Counted from the first letter of the stretch, positions 26,285-33,971 are shown. The stretch: DNA of 64,000 nucleotides from Candidatus Onthoplasma sp. (GCA_045637825.1 JAZUAD010000024.1:62202-126201), one strand, 5' to 3'. Numbers and translations are program-made. Notes: a model not told the origin generated them from the sequence alone.

Positions 26285-27704
26285 TCAAGATTTTGTAAAA
26301 GAAGTTGCAGACATCAATACCGATTTTGCTGGTTGGTATACTGACGTTGTATTAAAGACCGATTTGGTTGACTATGGTCCAGTTAAAGGTACTATGGTTA
26401 TTAAACCTTATGGTTATGCTATATGGGAACAATTACAAAGTTATGCGGACAAGCGTTTTAAGGAAGTAGGCGTGCAAAATGCATATTTCCCTATGTTTAT
26501 ACCAGAAAGTTACTTAAAGCGTGAGGCAGAGCACGTTGAGGGCTTTGCTCCAGAAGTGGCAGTGGTAACATATGCTGGAGGACAAGAACTAAGCGAAAAA
26601 TTAATTGTTCGTCCTACCAGCGAAACAATTATTTGTGAAATGTATGCTAAATGGATTAAAAGTTATCGTGATTTACCTGTACGTATGAATCAATGGTGTA
26701 ATGTTGTACGTTGGGAAAAAACAACTCGTCCTTTCCTTCGTACTAGCGAATTTTTGTGGCAAGAAGGTCATACTGTGTATAGTACACCAGAAGATGCTCA
26801 AGCAGACGTTGAACGTATGCTTAATATATACATAGATGTTGCTCAAAAGTTGCTTGCAATACCAGTACTTAATGGTCGCAAAACTGAGCGTGAAAAGTTT
26901 GCAGGTGCAGTAGCAACCTATGGCATTGAGGCAATTATGCGCGATGGTAAATGTTTACAAGCAGGCACTAGCCATAACTTAGGTCAAAACTTTGCAAAGG
27001 CAAGTAATATCCGCTTCCTAAATAAAGATGGAGTGCTTGAATATGGCTATTCAACATCTTGGGGTATTAGCACGCGTCTTATTGGTGCATTAGTTATGGT
27101 GCATGGTGATGAACGTGGACTAAAACTTCCTCCAAATGTTGCTCCTATTCAAGTGGTTATAATCCCAGTAGCATCTCACAAAGAGGGCGTTATTGAAAAG
27201 TGTCAAGAAGTAGCTGAGAAGTTACAACAAGCAGGCATACGAGTTAAACTTGATGATAGCAAAAACACTCCAGGTTGGAAGTTTAATGAATATGAAATGA
27301 AAGGTGTGCCAGTTCGACTTGAAATAGGTCCTAGAGATATTGAAAATGGAGTTGCTACCTTTGTTCGCCGTGATACTCGTGAAAAGGCTCAATTAAGTTT
27401 AGATAATTTATCAGTTGAAATTCCTCAAATACTAGAAATGGTTCAACAAAATATGTTTGATATGGCAAAGGATAATCTTGATAATGCTATTATTGAAACT
27501 GATGATTATAACACAATGGTAAAAGAAATCAATAACAAAAAAGTAGCACTAGCATATCATTGTGGCGATAAGGATTGTGAAGAAGAAATTAAAAATAAAA
27601 CCACAATCAAAACTCGTGTAATTCACTCTTATGACGATAACCATAAATGTATACATTGTGGCAAGCAATCTAAATATCGTGTATATTTTGGAAAACAATA
27701 TTAA
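26277..27704 (+). CDS. proS: proline--tRNA ligase (archaeal/eukaryote-like type without INS editing domain)
   Basis: 475 aa. Class II motifs, and a C-terminal Cys cluster CGDKDCEEE...CIHCG. Confidence 0.9.
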   Translation: MDNQDFVKEVADINTDFAGWYTDVVLKTDLVDYGPVKGTMVIKPYGYAIWEQLQSYADKRFKEVGVQNAYFPMFIPESYLKREAEHVEGFAPEVAVVTYAGGQELSEKLIVRPTSETIICEMYAKWIKSYRDLPVRMNQWCNVVRWEKTTRPFLRTSEFLWQEGHTVYSTPEDAQADVERMLNIYIDVAQKLLAIPVLNGRKTEREKFAGAVATYGIEAIMRDGKCLQAGTSHNLGQNFAKASNIRFLNKDGVLEYGYSTSWGISTRLIGALVMVHGDERGLKLPPNVAPIQVVIIPVASHKEGVIEKCQEVAEKLQQAGIRVKLDDSKNTPGWKFNEYEMKGVPVRLEIGPRDIENGVATFVRRDTREKAQLSLDNLSVEIPQILEMVQQNMFDMAKDNLDNAIIETDDYNTMVKEINNKKVALAYHCGDKDCEEEIKNKTTIKTRVIHSYDDNHKCIHCGKQSKYRVYFGKQY

Positions 27705-27732
27705 GATAAAATCATAAAATAGGGAGATATCA

Positions 27733-28794
27733 ATGAAGCATCAATTTACAATTGGTAGAAGGGCTAGAGTTGAGGAAAATATACCTAATAATTATCAAAT
27801 TATAGACCTTAATTCATATCACACTACAAAATCGCTAGTATTGGTTTTGGGTGGTAATGGTACTACTGATGATAGATCTGCTAATGGCAATGCTAAAATA
27901 GTGTCAAGTATGCTTGGCGTGTTTAATGATGATGTTGAAATATTATCGGTAAACTATAATCAAGGTTTGGGCGAACCAAATATAACTGAAAATTGTAAAG
28001 TTTTGGTTGATAAATTATTTTTACCATATGTTTCTATTAATGGAGAAAGATTAGATATAGATACCGCCTGTAAAAATATGCGAAATATAACAGTGTTTGC
28101 GCATTGCAGAGGTGTTGATGGACCTATGAGAAGGATTGTTCCGATATTACAAAATAGGTTAATGGAATTAAATTATAATACTGCAGAGCGTGAGCAAATA
28201 ATATCTCAAATAGTGATGGTTGCCTATGGTGCTAATTTAAACGACACTATTAAGGAAATTAAAGGCGTATATTGCCTATCATTTAGTGACGAAATGTATC
28301 CTAGTGGAGCAGCTCTTCTATCAAAGCAATTTTTAAACAAACTAGATATTATCAATATGGTTAAAAGTGATAGGGAGTTATTAAGTGAAATAGATATATC
28401 TAAAAAGCGAGATTTAATAGCTGCACAATTAAGTACATTCTTACAAACACATAGGCGTGTATATAATATAAATGAAGGTAACAATATTCGCTTACTTGCT
28501 TATGGCTTGCTTCAAACCGATAATCATATATGGGAAGCTGACCATACAATAATAGGACTTACAAGAGAAGATGATTGGTCTTCGCATAAAAACGCATCAT
28601 CAACCGGTGATTGTGTTTCAAGATGTTTGGCGTGTGCTTTATGTAATAGCGTTGCTAATAGTATAATCAATCAAAAATCAGACTTATTTGTAGATTTTGA
28701 TATGGTTAAATTGCAAAACCAAATTGATACTATATGTAAGCAACATAATTACGAACAAACTAAACTAGATAACGTAGATTTGGAATTATTATAG
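27733..28794 (+). CDS. hypothetical protein, possibly alpha/beta-hydrolase-like with a Cys at the nucleophile elbow
   Basis: 353 aa. VFAHCRG fits the small-x-Nu-x-small pattern with Cys. C-terminal Cys cluster CVSRCLACALC. No signal peptide. Weak inference only. Confidence 0.35.
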   Translation: MKHQFTIGRRARVEENIPNNYQIIDLNSYHTTKSLVLVLGGNGTTDDRSANGNAKIVSSMLGVFNDDVEILSVNYNQGLGEPNITENCKVLVDKLFLPYVSINGERLDIDTACKNMRNITVFAHCRGVDGPMRRIVPILQNRLMELNYNTAEREQIISQIVMVAYGANLNDTIKEIKGVYCLSFSDEMYPSGAALLSKQFLNKLDIINMVKSDRELLSEIDISKKRDLIAAQLSTFLQTHRRVYNINEGNNIRLLAYGLLQTDNHIWEADHTIIGLTREDDWSSHKNASSTGDCVSRCLACALCNSVANSIINQKSDLFVDFDMVKLQNQIDTICKQHNYEQTKLDNVDLELL

Positions 28795-28900
28795 GGTAGG
28801 AAACTACTCTATTTTTTATGTTAGTACATAATTATTTTATTAAAAACACAACTTATAAATTTTAAATAAATGGCACTGGTTATTTATTTTTGGCAAAACC

Positions 28901-28950
28901 TATGATAAACTATGATTAATTATGGTAATATTAGGATAATTATAGTTATT
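28901..28950. repeat. five tandem 10-bp phased units (TATGATAAAC TATGATTAAT TATGGTAATA TTAGGATAAT TATAGTTATT)
   Basis: Read directly. The period of exactly 10 bp ends at the ATTTTGCGAATAGATGC motif. Confidence 0.5.
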
Positions 28951-28988
28951 TTGCGAATAGATGCGAGCAGAATGTAATATATATTCGC
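28948..28988 (+). promoter_or_regulatory. copy of the recurrent motif ATTTTGCGAATAGATGC overlapping a candidate promoter (TTGCGA-18-TAATAT)
   Basis: 17/17 identical to 2299-2315. GCGAATA (28953-28959) is also inverted as TATTCGC (28982-28988). Confidence 0.4.
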
Positions 28989-29071
28989 CAAGTAGGTCAG
29001 CCAAAGAAATATTTTATTAGTGTAATAGTAAAAGAGTTGATAGATTTTATAAATTTATTTTGTAAAAATAG

Positions 29072-29100
29072 TTGAAATTTATTAAGAACTATGTTATTAT
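29072..29100 (+). promoter_or_regulatory. tRNA-Glu promoter (TTGAAA-17-TATTAT)
   Basis: TTGAAA 29072-29077, TATTAT 29095-29100, 21 nt upstream of the tRNA 5' end. Confidence 0.5.
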
Positions 29101-29121
29101 ATAAGGGTATTTAAAATATAT

Positions 29122-29196
29122 GCCCGTATAGTCTAGAGGTTAGGACATGGCCCTCTCACGGCTAGGACAGGGGTTCGATTCCCCTTACGGGTACCA
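29122..29196 (+). tRNA. tRNA-Glu (anticodon CUC), CCA encoded
   Basis: Hand-folded cloverleaf: acceptor GCCCGTA/TACGGGT (G1.U72 wobble), D arm GTCT/GGAC, anticodon arm TGGCC-CTCTCAC-GGCTA, T arm AGGGG-TTCGATT-CCCCT. Collinear with E. coli tRNA-Glu except for C34. Confidence 0.85.
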
Positions 29197-29200
29197 AATT

Positions 29201-29239
29201 AAAAACTCTGGTAAAGGTCACTAACTTTTGAAACTAGTG
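29201..29239 (+). repeat. left copy of the 39/40-nt inverted repeat (tRNA trailer motif)
   Basis: AAAAACTCTGGTAAAGGTCACTAACTTTTGAAACTAGTG. 33 of 40 aligned positions are identical to the reverse complement of 30824-30863. Confidence 0.8.
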
Positions 29240-29251
29240 AAATAAAAGATT

Positions 29252-29281
29252 AAAACCAAAACAATGTTGTTTTGGTTTTTT
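29252..29281 (+). terminator. rho-independent terminator after tRNA-Glu and the left repeat
   Basis: AACCAAAACA-ATGT-TGTTTTGGTT followed by TTTT. Confidence 0.8.
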
Positions 29282-29348
29282 ATTAAACTTTAATAAAAAT
29301 AATACACTTTTAATAATAGTGTGATATAATAGTTTTAGGAGAAAAATT

Positions 29349-30446
29349 ATGGATGCAGGATATATATATGATAATAATGCTAATCTAATTGAAGAAGGAA
29401 TTGACATATCTAAATTAAAATATATCACAAGAGAAGTGATTAATGATGTTAATAAAGTAAACTATTGTCATGGCTTTGAAGGCATTGATTTGTCTAAATT
29501 TGATTTATCTAATTTATCGTTAGACGATATTAGCAATATAACATTTGACCAAAAAACAAAGTGGCCAGACAGCAGTAAACTTCCAAAGGGATTTTCTCCT
29601 TCAATTTTATTACAAGATAGAAAAGGATGTTTCCCTGGAATTCGTGATTTACATAAATTAGGGATTAACGGACAAGGTATTAATGTTGTTTACATTGACC
29701 AACAAAACAAATTTGTTTTTAATCATGAAGAATTTAAACACTTGAATTATCAATATTTTGATTTTAATGATTACGATTTAGATGAATTTCATCCATACGG
29801 AGTTCTGTCTAATCTGTGTGGTAAAAATACAGGAGTTGCACCAAATATTAACTTATATTATTATTCTGCGTATAGATGGAAAGAAAATGATAAGTCAATG
29901 CTAGAATGTTTGCTCGATGTATTGCAAAAATTAAAAGATGGCAAGCATATTGATGTTGTGGGTATTTCTGGTCCTTTATATTTTATGAACAATAAACAAC
30001 AAACTCCGGAGCAAAAAAAGATAGATGAAATAGTTGAGCAAATTCAAGCATTCGGTTGTGTTGTGATAGATGGTTATCGTTTTTTAGATGACTTTACTTG
30101 TTGTGGATTGGAAATTAGTGAGCAAATGTCTTTTGAAAATTTAGATTATGTTTCATGGGCAAATGAAGATGATAAATTAAAGCCTGCATTTATTTGTAAA
30201 GGTCAAGTAATTGCAGAGTGGCAAACTAAAAACGAATATGTTTATCAAGGCACTAATTGCGATAGTTGGCCTATTGCTCAATGTGTTGGATTATTTGCAC
30301 TGTGTAGACAAATAGATAATCATATAACTTATGATAGTTTTGTTGCAAATATTAACAAAAGTTTAATAAACAATAAAGTGATAGATTTTCATAGATGTAT
30401 TTTACACATTAAAAATAATACAAACGAAAATTATATTGATAAATAA
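29349..30446 (+). CDS. divergent subtilisin-like (S8 family-like) serine peptidase, cytoplasmic (no signal peptide)
   Basis: 365 aa. Candidate triad D117 (VVYID), H148 (FHPYG), S306 (CDSWPIAQCVGLFAL versus GTSMAAPHVAGVAAL). D-H and H-S spacings are 31 and 158, close to subtilisin BPN' (32 and 157). GVAPNINL and NHEEF subtilase-type motifs. Confidence 0.55.
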   Translation: MDAGYIYDNNANLIEEGIDISKLKYITREVINDVNKVNYCHGFEGIDLSKFDLSNLSLDDISNITFDQKTKWPDSSKLPKGFSPSILLQDRKGCFPGIRDLHKLGINGQGINVVYIDQQNKFVFNHEEFKHLNYQYFDFNDYDLDEFHPYGVLSNLCGKNTGVAPNINLYYYSAYRWKENDKSMLECLLDVLQKLKDGKHIDVVGISGPLYFMNNKQQTPEQKKIDEIVEQIQAFGCVVIDGYRFLDDFTCCGLEISEQMSFENLDYVSWANEDDKLKPAFICKGQVIAEWQTKNEYVYQGTNCDSWPIAQCVGLFALCRQIDNHITYDSFVANINKSLINNKVIDFHRCILHIKNNTNENYIDK

Positions 30447-30469
30447 ACATTTATAAAAATGGCACTTAG

Positions 30470-30525
30470 ACGTGTGCTTGTCATATACAAGTGTCGTCGC
30501 TTCGCTCCGACAGACAAGCACACGT
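30470..30525. repeat. GC-rich 13-bp perfect inverted repeat (long hairpin) just after the S8-like gene
   Basis: ACGTGTGCTTGTC (30470-30482) and GACAAGCACACGT (30513-30525), with inner TGTCG/CGACA pairing. No T-run. Confidence 0.6.
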
Positions 30526-30548
30526 TAACAACTAAATAAATTAAAATC

Positions 30549-30593
30549 AAAAAGCGAAAATGTTGGCAGAGCATAACACATTTTCGCTTTTTG
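30549..30593 (+). terminator. rho-independent terminator
   Basis: AAAGCGAAAATGT-N14-ACATTTTCGCTTT followed by TT. Confidence 0.75.
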
Positions 30594-30606
30594 TATGTTT
30601 ACATGT

Positions 30607-30781
30607 GGCTATTTATTCCATGGTGTACTTGACAATAGGCGCTGAAATGATGTTTCTCTTTCTGGTTAAGACAGAGAAACGATAATTGTGCTTATGGCTT
30701 TAAAGTTTTCGTTTCTCTGCCTTTTGATATTGTGTTTTCATTTCTTCTCTTGTCAAGTACCTTTCACGGCATAAAGTAGCC
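30607..30781. repeat. 175-bp long imperfect palindrome (MITE-like or structured-RNA element)
   Basis: Outer arms GGCTA.TTTAT...GTACTTGACAA (30607-30635) versus 30750-30781. A concentric 11-bp perfect inner pair CAGAGAAACGA (30672-30682) / TCGTTTCTCTG (30709-30719). An alternative 8-bp pairing uses GTTTCTCT at 30652-30659. Confidence 0.6.
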
Positions 30782-30782
30782 A

Positions 30783-30814
30783 ATAAAAAAGAGAACTAGA
30801 ATTTTCTAATTCTC
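30783..30814 (-). terminator. minus-strand rho-independent terminator following the right repeat copy
   Basis: On the minus strand: GAGAATTAGAAAATTCTAGTTCTC followed by TTTTTTATT. Confidence 0.6.
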
Positions 30815-30823
30815 TAATTATTA

Positions 30824-30863
30824 CACTAGTTTCAAAATTCAGTGACTAAAACCTAGAGTTTTT
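30824..30863 (-). repeat. right copy of the 39/40-nt inverted repeat
   Basis: The minus strand reads AAAAACTCTAGGTTTTAGTCACTGAATTTTGAAACTAGTG. Confidence 0.8.
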
Positions 30864-30866
30864 TTC

Positions 30867-30894
30867 TTGACAAAATTCGACATTTGATTATAAT
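30867..30894 (+). promoter_or_regulatory. promoter (TTGACA-16-TATAAT) for the 30922 ORF
   Basis: TTGACA 30867-30872, TATAAT 30889-30894. RBS AAGGAGAG before the ATG at 30922. Confidence 0.6.
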
Positions 30895-30921
30895 GACAAT
30901 TATCAAGCAAGGAGAGATTTT

Positions 30922-31275
30922 ATGAGCAAAACATTTGGCTATTATTTAACAATTAGTATTAAGGACTTAGTGGCTTCAATTATGATTAATGAAGACAAAA
31001 CACAGATAGGTAAAGATGAATTGTATGATTTATTTTTAAGAACTACCTATAAAATGAAACAAAAAGGAGTAAATGGTAGAGTGGCATATAGTCGTGACGA
31101 CTTGGCGGAATTTAAGCGAGAATATATAGATGAGTTTGAAGTTGGTATTAAATCTATTAAACTACGTGATGGTTATTCTTTAGAGTGGTTGCAAGACCAC
31201 ATTGTATCCTATATGTCTGTTGACACATTACAACTATTAGGTGTAATTCCTTGTGAAAATGAACTTTCATTATAA
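30922..31275 (+). CDS. hypothetical protein (117 aa)
   Basis: Good promoter and RBS. No recognisable motif. Confidence 0.45.
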   Translation: MSKTFGYYLTISIKDLVASIMINEDKTQIGKDELYDLFLRTTYKMKQKGVNGRVAYSRDDLAEFKREYIDEFEVGIKSIKLRDGYSLEWLQDHIVSYMSVDTLQLLGVIPCENELSL

Positions 31276-31416
31276 TTTAGCAATAAGTTGTTAGGGTATA
31301 TTAAATATAATTTATTAATTCTTATCGTTTGATAAGAATTTTTTATAAATTTATATAAATGTTAACAAAAATTTAGTGATATGTGCTATAATAATTTTTA
31401 AATTAAGGAGAAAACT

Positions 31417-32946
31417 TTGGAAAACTTAAGACAAAAACTAAAGATTTTTAATTATAGACCGCTTGTCTTAGTTTTTTTGGGTGTTTGTGCTGGAATATTA
31501 GTTAATCACTTTCTTTTAAGGCAAACTTTAATAACTATTATAGGTATTGCAATAGTAGTTGGTGTATTAATTTTATATAGTATACTGCACAAAAAGTTTA
31601 GGTATTTTATAACATTTGGAATATGCTTTATTCTGGGCTTTAGTTGTTTTGGTATTTATATGAATGCACGAAAACACGAACCTAAAGTAATGGTAGATAA
31701 TTATGCACAAGGTATGGTTACTAATATTACTGATAGAGGTTTGTATTTAGAACTTTTGTTGGAAGATGTAAAAGTTGACTATAAGGATTTAGATTATAAT
31801 GTAATATTAAATTACTATAATACTAATCAAAATGGTTATATAAATATTGATAAGGGTTTAGTTATTGGTTTTGAGATACAAAAACAATATTTGGTAAACT
31901 ATTATTATGAGGGTGTACCAAATACATATAATTTAGCAAATAATATAGGCGCAGAATTTGTTACGTATGAAGTGGAATTAATTGATACAGACTTAAATAC
32001 TAGATATTCGATACTTAAACGAATTAGAAAAAATTTAAGATTTGGACTTAACAATCTAAATGGCGAAATGATATATTCTGCTATGTTTGGCGATAAAATC
32101 GACTTAAATCATAATTTATACAAGGCATATAAAAGTTCGGGTGTGGCACATTTATTGGCAGTTTCGGGTTTGCACGTGGGTTTGGTAGTTGCTATTATTT
32201 ACTGGCTTTTGAAAAAACTAAAAATTAAAGGTTGGTGGAGAGTAGTAATCATTAGTCCGTTACTATTTATATATGCTTATTTATGTGGTTTTTCATATTC
32301 AATTATTAGAGCTAGCATTATGGCGCTGGTATTAATGATAGCTCCATTATTATTTAGAGAATATGATTTGCTTAGCAGTATTTGTTTTGCTGGAAGTTTA
32401 ATACTACTAATAGAACCAATTGCCTTATTTCATTTATCGGCACAACTTAGTTTTGGTTGCGTGTTTGGAATATGTATGCTTTATCCAATATTTAAGCGAT
32501 GGCTAAATAAAATACACATAAATAATGCTATTGGAGACAGTTTTTGCATTAGTGCGGCAACAATTATTAGTACCGCTGTATTTATGGCATATTATTTTAA
32601 TGGTGTTCAACCAATAGGTCTTATTAGCAATATTGTAATAATACCAATATTTTCAATTTTATTTACTATAACTTTTGTTTTGGCAATGGTAAGTTTAATA
32701 TTGCCCTTTATTTGTTATGCACTAATTTTGCTAAACCCCTTGTTTGAATGGTTAAATTGGGTTATAATGTTTATAGCAAATAATGCAAAGGCATTACCAA
32801 TACATAGCGTTAACTATTTAACCTTTATATTATTCTTTGTTCTTATTGCCTTTGCTAGCAAGTTTAATTTAAAAACAGGGTTAACTAAACTGAGTTTAAT
32901 AGGAATTTGTTGCACTATACTAACATTACAAGTTGCGTTTGTATAA
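31417..32946 (+). CDS. comEC: ComEC/Rec2-family DNA internalisation channel protein (short form, no C-terminal metallo-beta-lactamase domain)
   Basis: 509 aa polytopic. YKSSGVAHLLAVSGLHVG competence-domain motif. TTG start after AAGGAGAA. Followed by holA as in Bacillus. Confidence 0.8.
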   Translation: MENLRQKLKIFNYRPLVLVFLGVCAGILVNHFLLRQTLITIIGIAIVVGVLILYSILHKKFRYFITFGICFILGFSCFGIYMNARKHEPKVMVDNYAQGMVTNITDRGLYLELLLEDVKVDYKDLDYNVILNYYNTNQNGYINIDKGLVIGFEIQKQYLVNYYYEGVPNTYNLANNIGAEFVTYEVELIDTDLNTRYSILKRIRKNLRFGLNNLNGEMIYSAMFGDKIDLNHNLYKAYKSSGVAHLLAVSGLHVGLVVAIIYWLLKKLKIKGWWRVVIISPLLFIYAYLCGFSYSIIRASIMALVLMIAPLLFREYDLLSSICFAGSLILLIEPIALFHLSAQLSFGCVFGICMLYPIFKRWLNKIHINNAIGDSFCISAATIISTAVFMAYYFNGVQPIGLISNIVIIPIFSILFTITFVLAMVSLILPFICYALILLNPLFEWLNWVIMFIANNAKALPIHSVNYLTFILFFVLIAFASKFNLKTGLTKLSLIGICCTILTLQVAFV

Positions 32947-32969
32947 AAATTAAATTAAAAGGAAGAGGT

Positions 32970-33902
32970 ATGAAATTTTTACAATTAAAAAAGAGTTTAA
33001 ATGAACCAAAACTAATTTATTCAATAACTGGTGATGATGAGTTTTTGATAAATCAAGCACAACGAATATTAAAAGAGGGCTTGGTTACTTGTTTTGAGGA
33101 GTTTAATTATTTAAAAGTGGATATGGATAATACAAACACCAAAGATTATGCAAATTTGCTTAATACAATGGCATTTGGCGACAGTTACCGTATGGTTGTA
33201 TTTACTAATCCTAATGCAGAGCAAGTAAAGGTAATTAATGGTTTAACTAAAGATTTGGATAGGGTGGTAGTAGTATGTATTCAACCTGATAGCAAGCTAG
33301 ATAATGCAGAAATGGTAGATTGTAATCATCTAGATAGGGCAGACTTAATTAAATGGGTTAACAATTATTTAGCTAAAAGCAATACAAAAATTGAAAAGAA
33401 TGCTTTTGAATATATTATTGATTTATCAAGTGGCGATTTGGCATATCTTAATACCGAATTACCTAAACTGGTTGCTTTTGCTGGTGAGAAAACTATTACA
33501 CACGAAGATGTGGATTTGACCTTTACTAAAAACAAAAACTATTTTGTATATCATTTGTCAAACGCTATTGATTTAAAGGATAAAAAGCAACAATTTGATA
33601 TATTAAATACCCTTACTTTAAGTCAAAGTATCGGCGAGATATACACTTTCCTAGGACCATATTTTAGACGTATGTTCTATTGTGCTATAAGTAAGGATAG
33701 CGACGAAAACCTTGCAAGTATATTAAAGGTTAAACCTTATGCAATAAGTAAAGCACGCCAAATGGTTACAAAAAACAAGCCAACCTACTATATTGACTTG
33801 TACAACAAATATATTAACCTAGATTTCAGTATCAAATCAGGCGATATAACCCCACAAAATGCAATATATGAACTACTATTAGGCATTGAAGAAGTAAAAT
33901 AA
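32970..33902 (+). CDS. holA: DNA polymerase III delta subunit
   Basis: ATG 32970 after GGAAGAGG. 310 aa. Conserved comEC-holA-rpsT arrangement. Confidence 0.75.
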   Translation: MKFLQLKKSLNEPKLIYSITGDDEFLINQAQRILKEGLVTCFEEFNYLKVDMDNTNTKDYANLLNTMAFGDSYRMVVFTNPNAEQVKVINGLTKDLDRVVVVCIQPDSKLDNAEMVDCNHLDRADLIKWVNNYLAKSNTKIEKNAFEYIIDLSSGDLAYLNTELPKLVAFAGEKTITHEDVDLTFTKNKNYFVYHLSNAIDLKDKKQQFDILNTLTLSQSIGEIYTFLGPYFRRMFYCAISKDSDENLASILKVKPYAISKARQMVTKNKPTYYIDLYNKYINLDFSIKSGDITPQNAIYELLLGIEEVK

Positions 33903-33971
33903 AAACAGGGCAGGATAAACTGTCCTTTTTTAGAATAAAAAATAGTGCTTAAATTATAGCACTATTTTTAA

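Noticed and set aside
28901-28950. Tandem repeats as a CRISPR array
   Set aside because: The units are 10 bp with no spacers and no cas genes. There is no CRISPR-like repeat-spacer architecture anywhere in the window.
30459-30773. Small ORFs as type I toxin candidates: 26 aa MALRRVLVIYKCRRFAPTDKHTLTTK (30459), 41 aa hydrophobic MLAEHNTFSLFVCLHVAIYSMVYLTIGAEMMFLFLVKTEKR (30560), 26 aa MALKFSFLCLLILCFHFFSCQVPFTA (30694)
   Set aside because: None has a convincing SD. Each start codon and body coincides with the arms of strong hairpins or terminators that explain the sequence better. A toxin role cannot be excluded without expression data.
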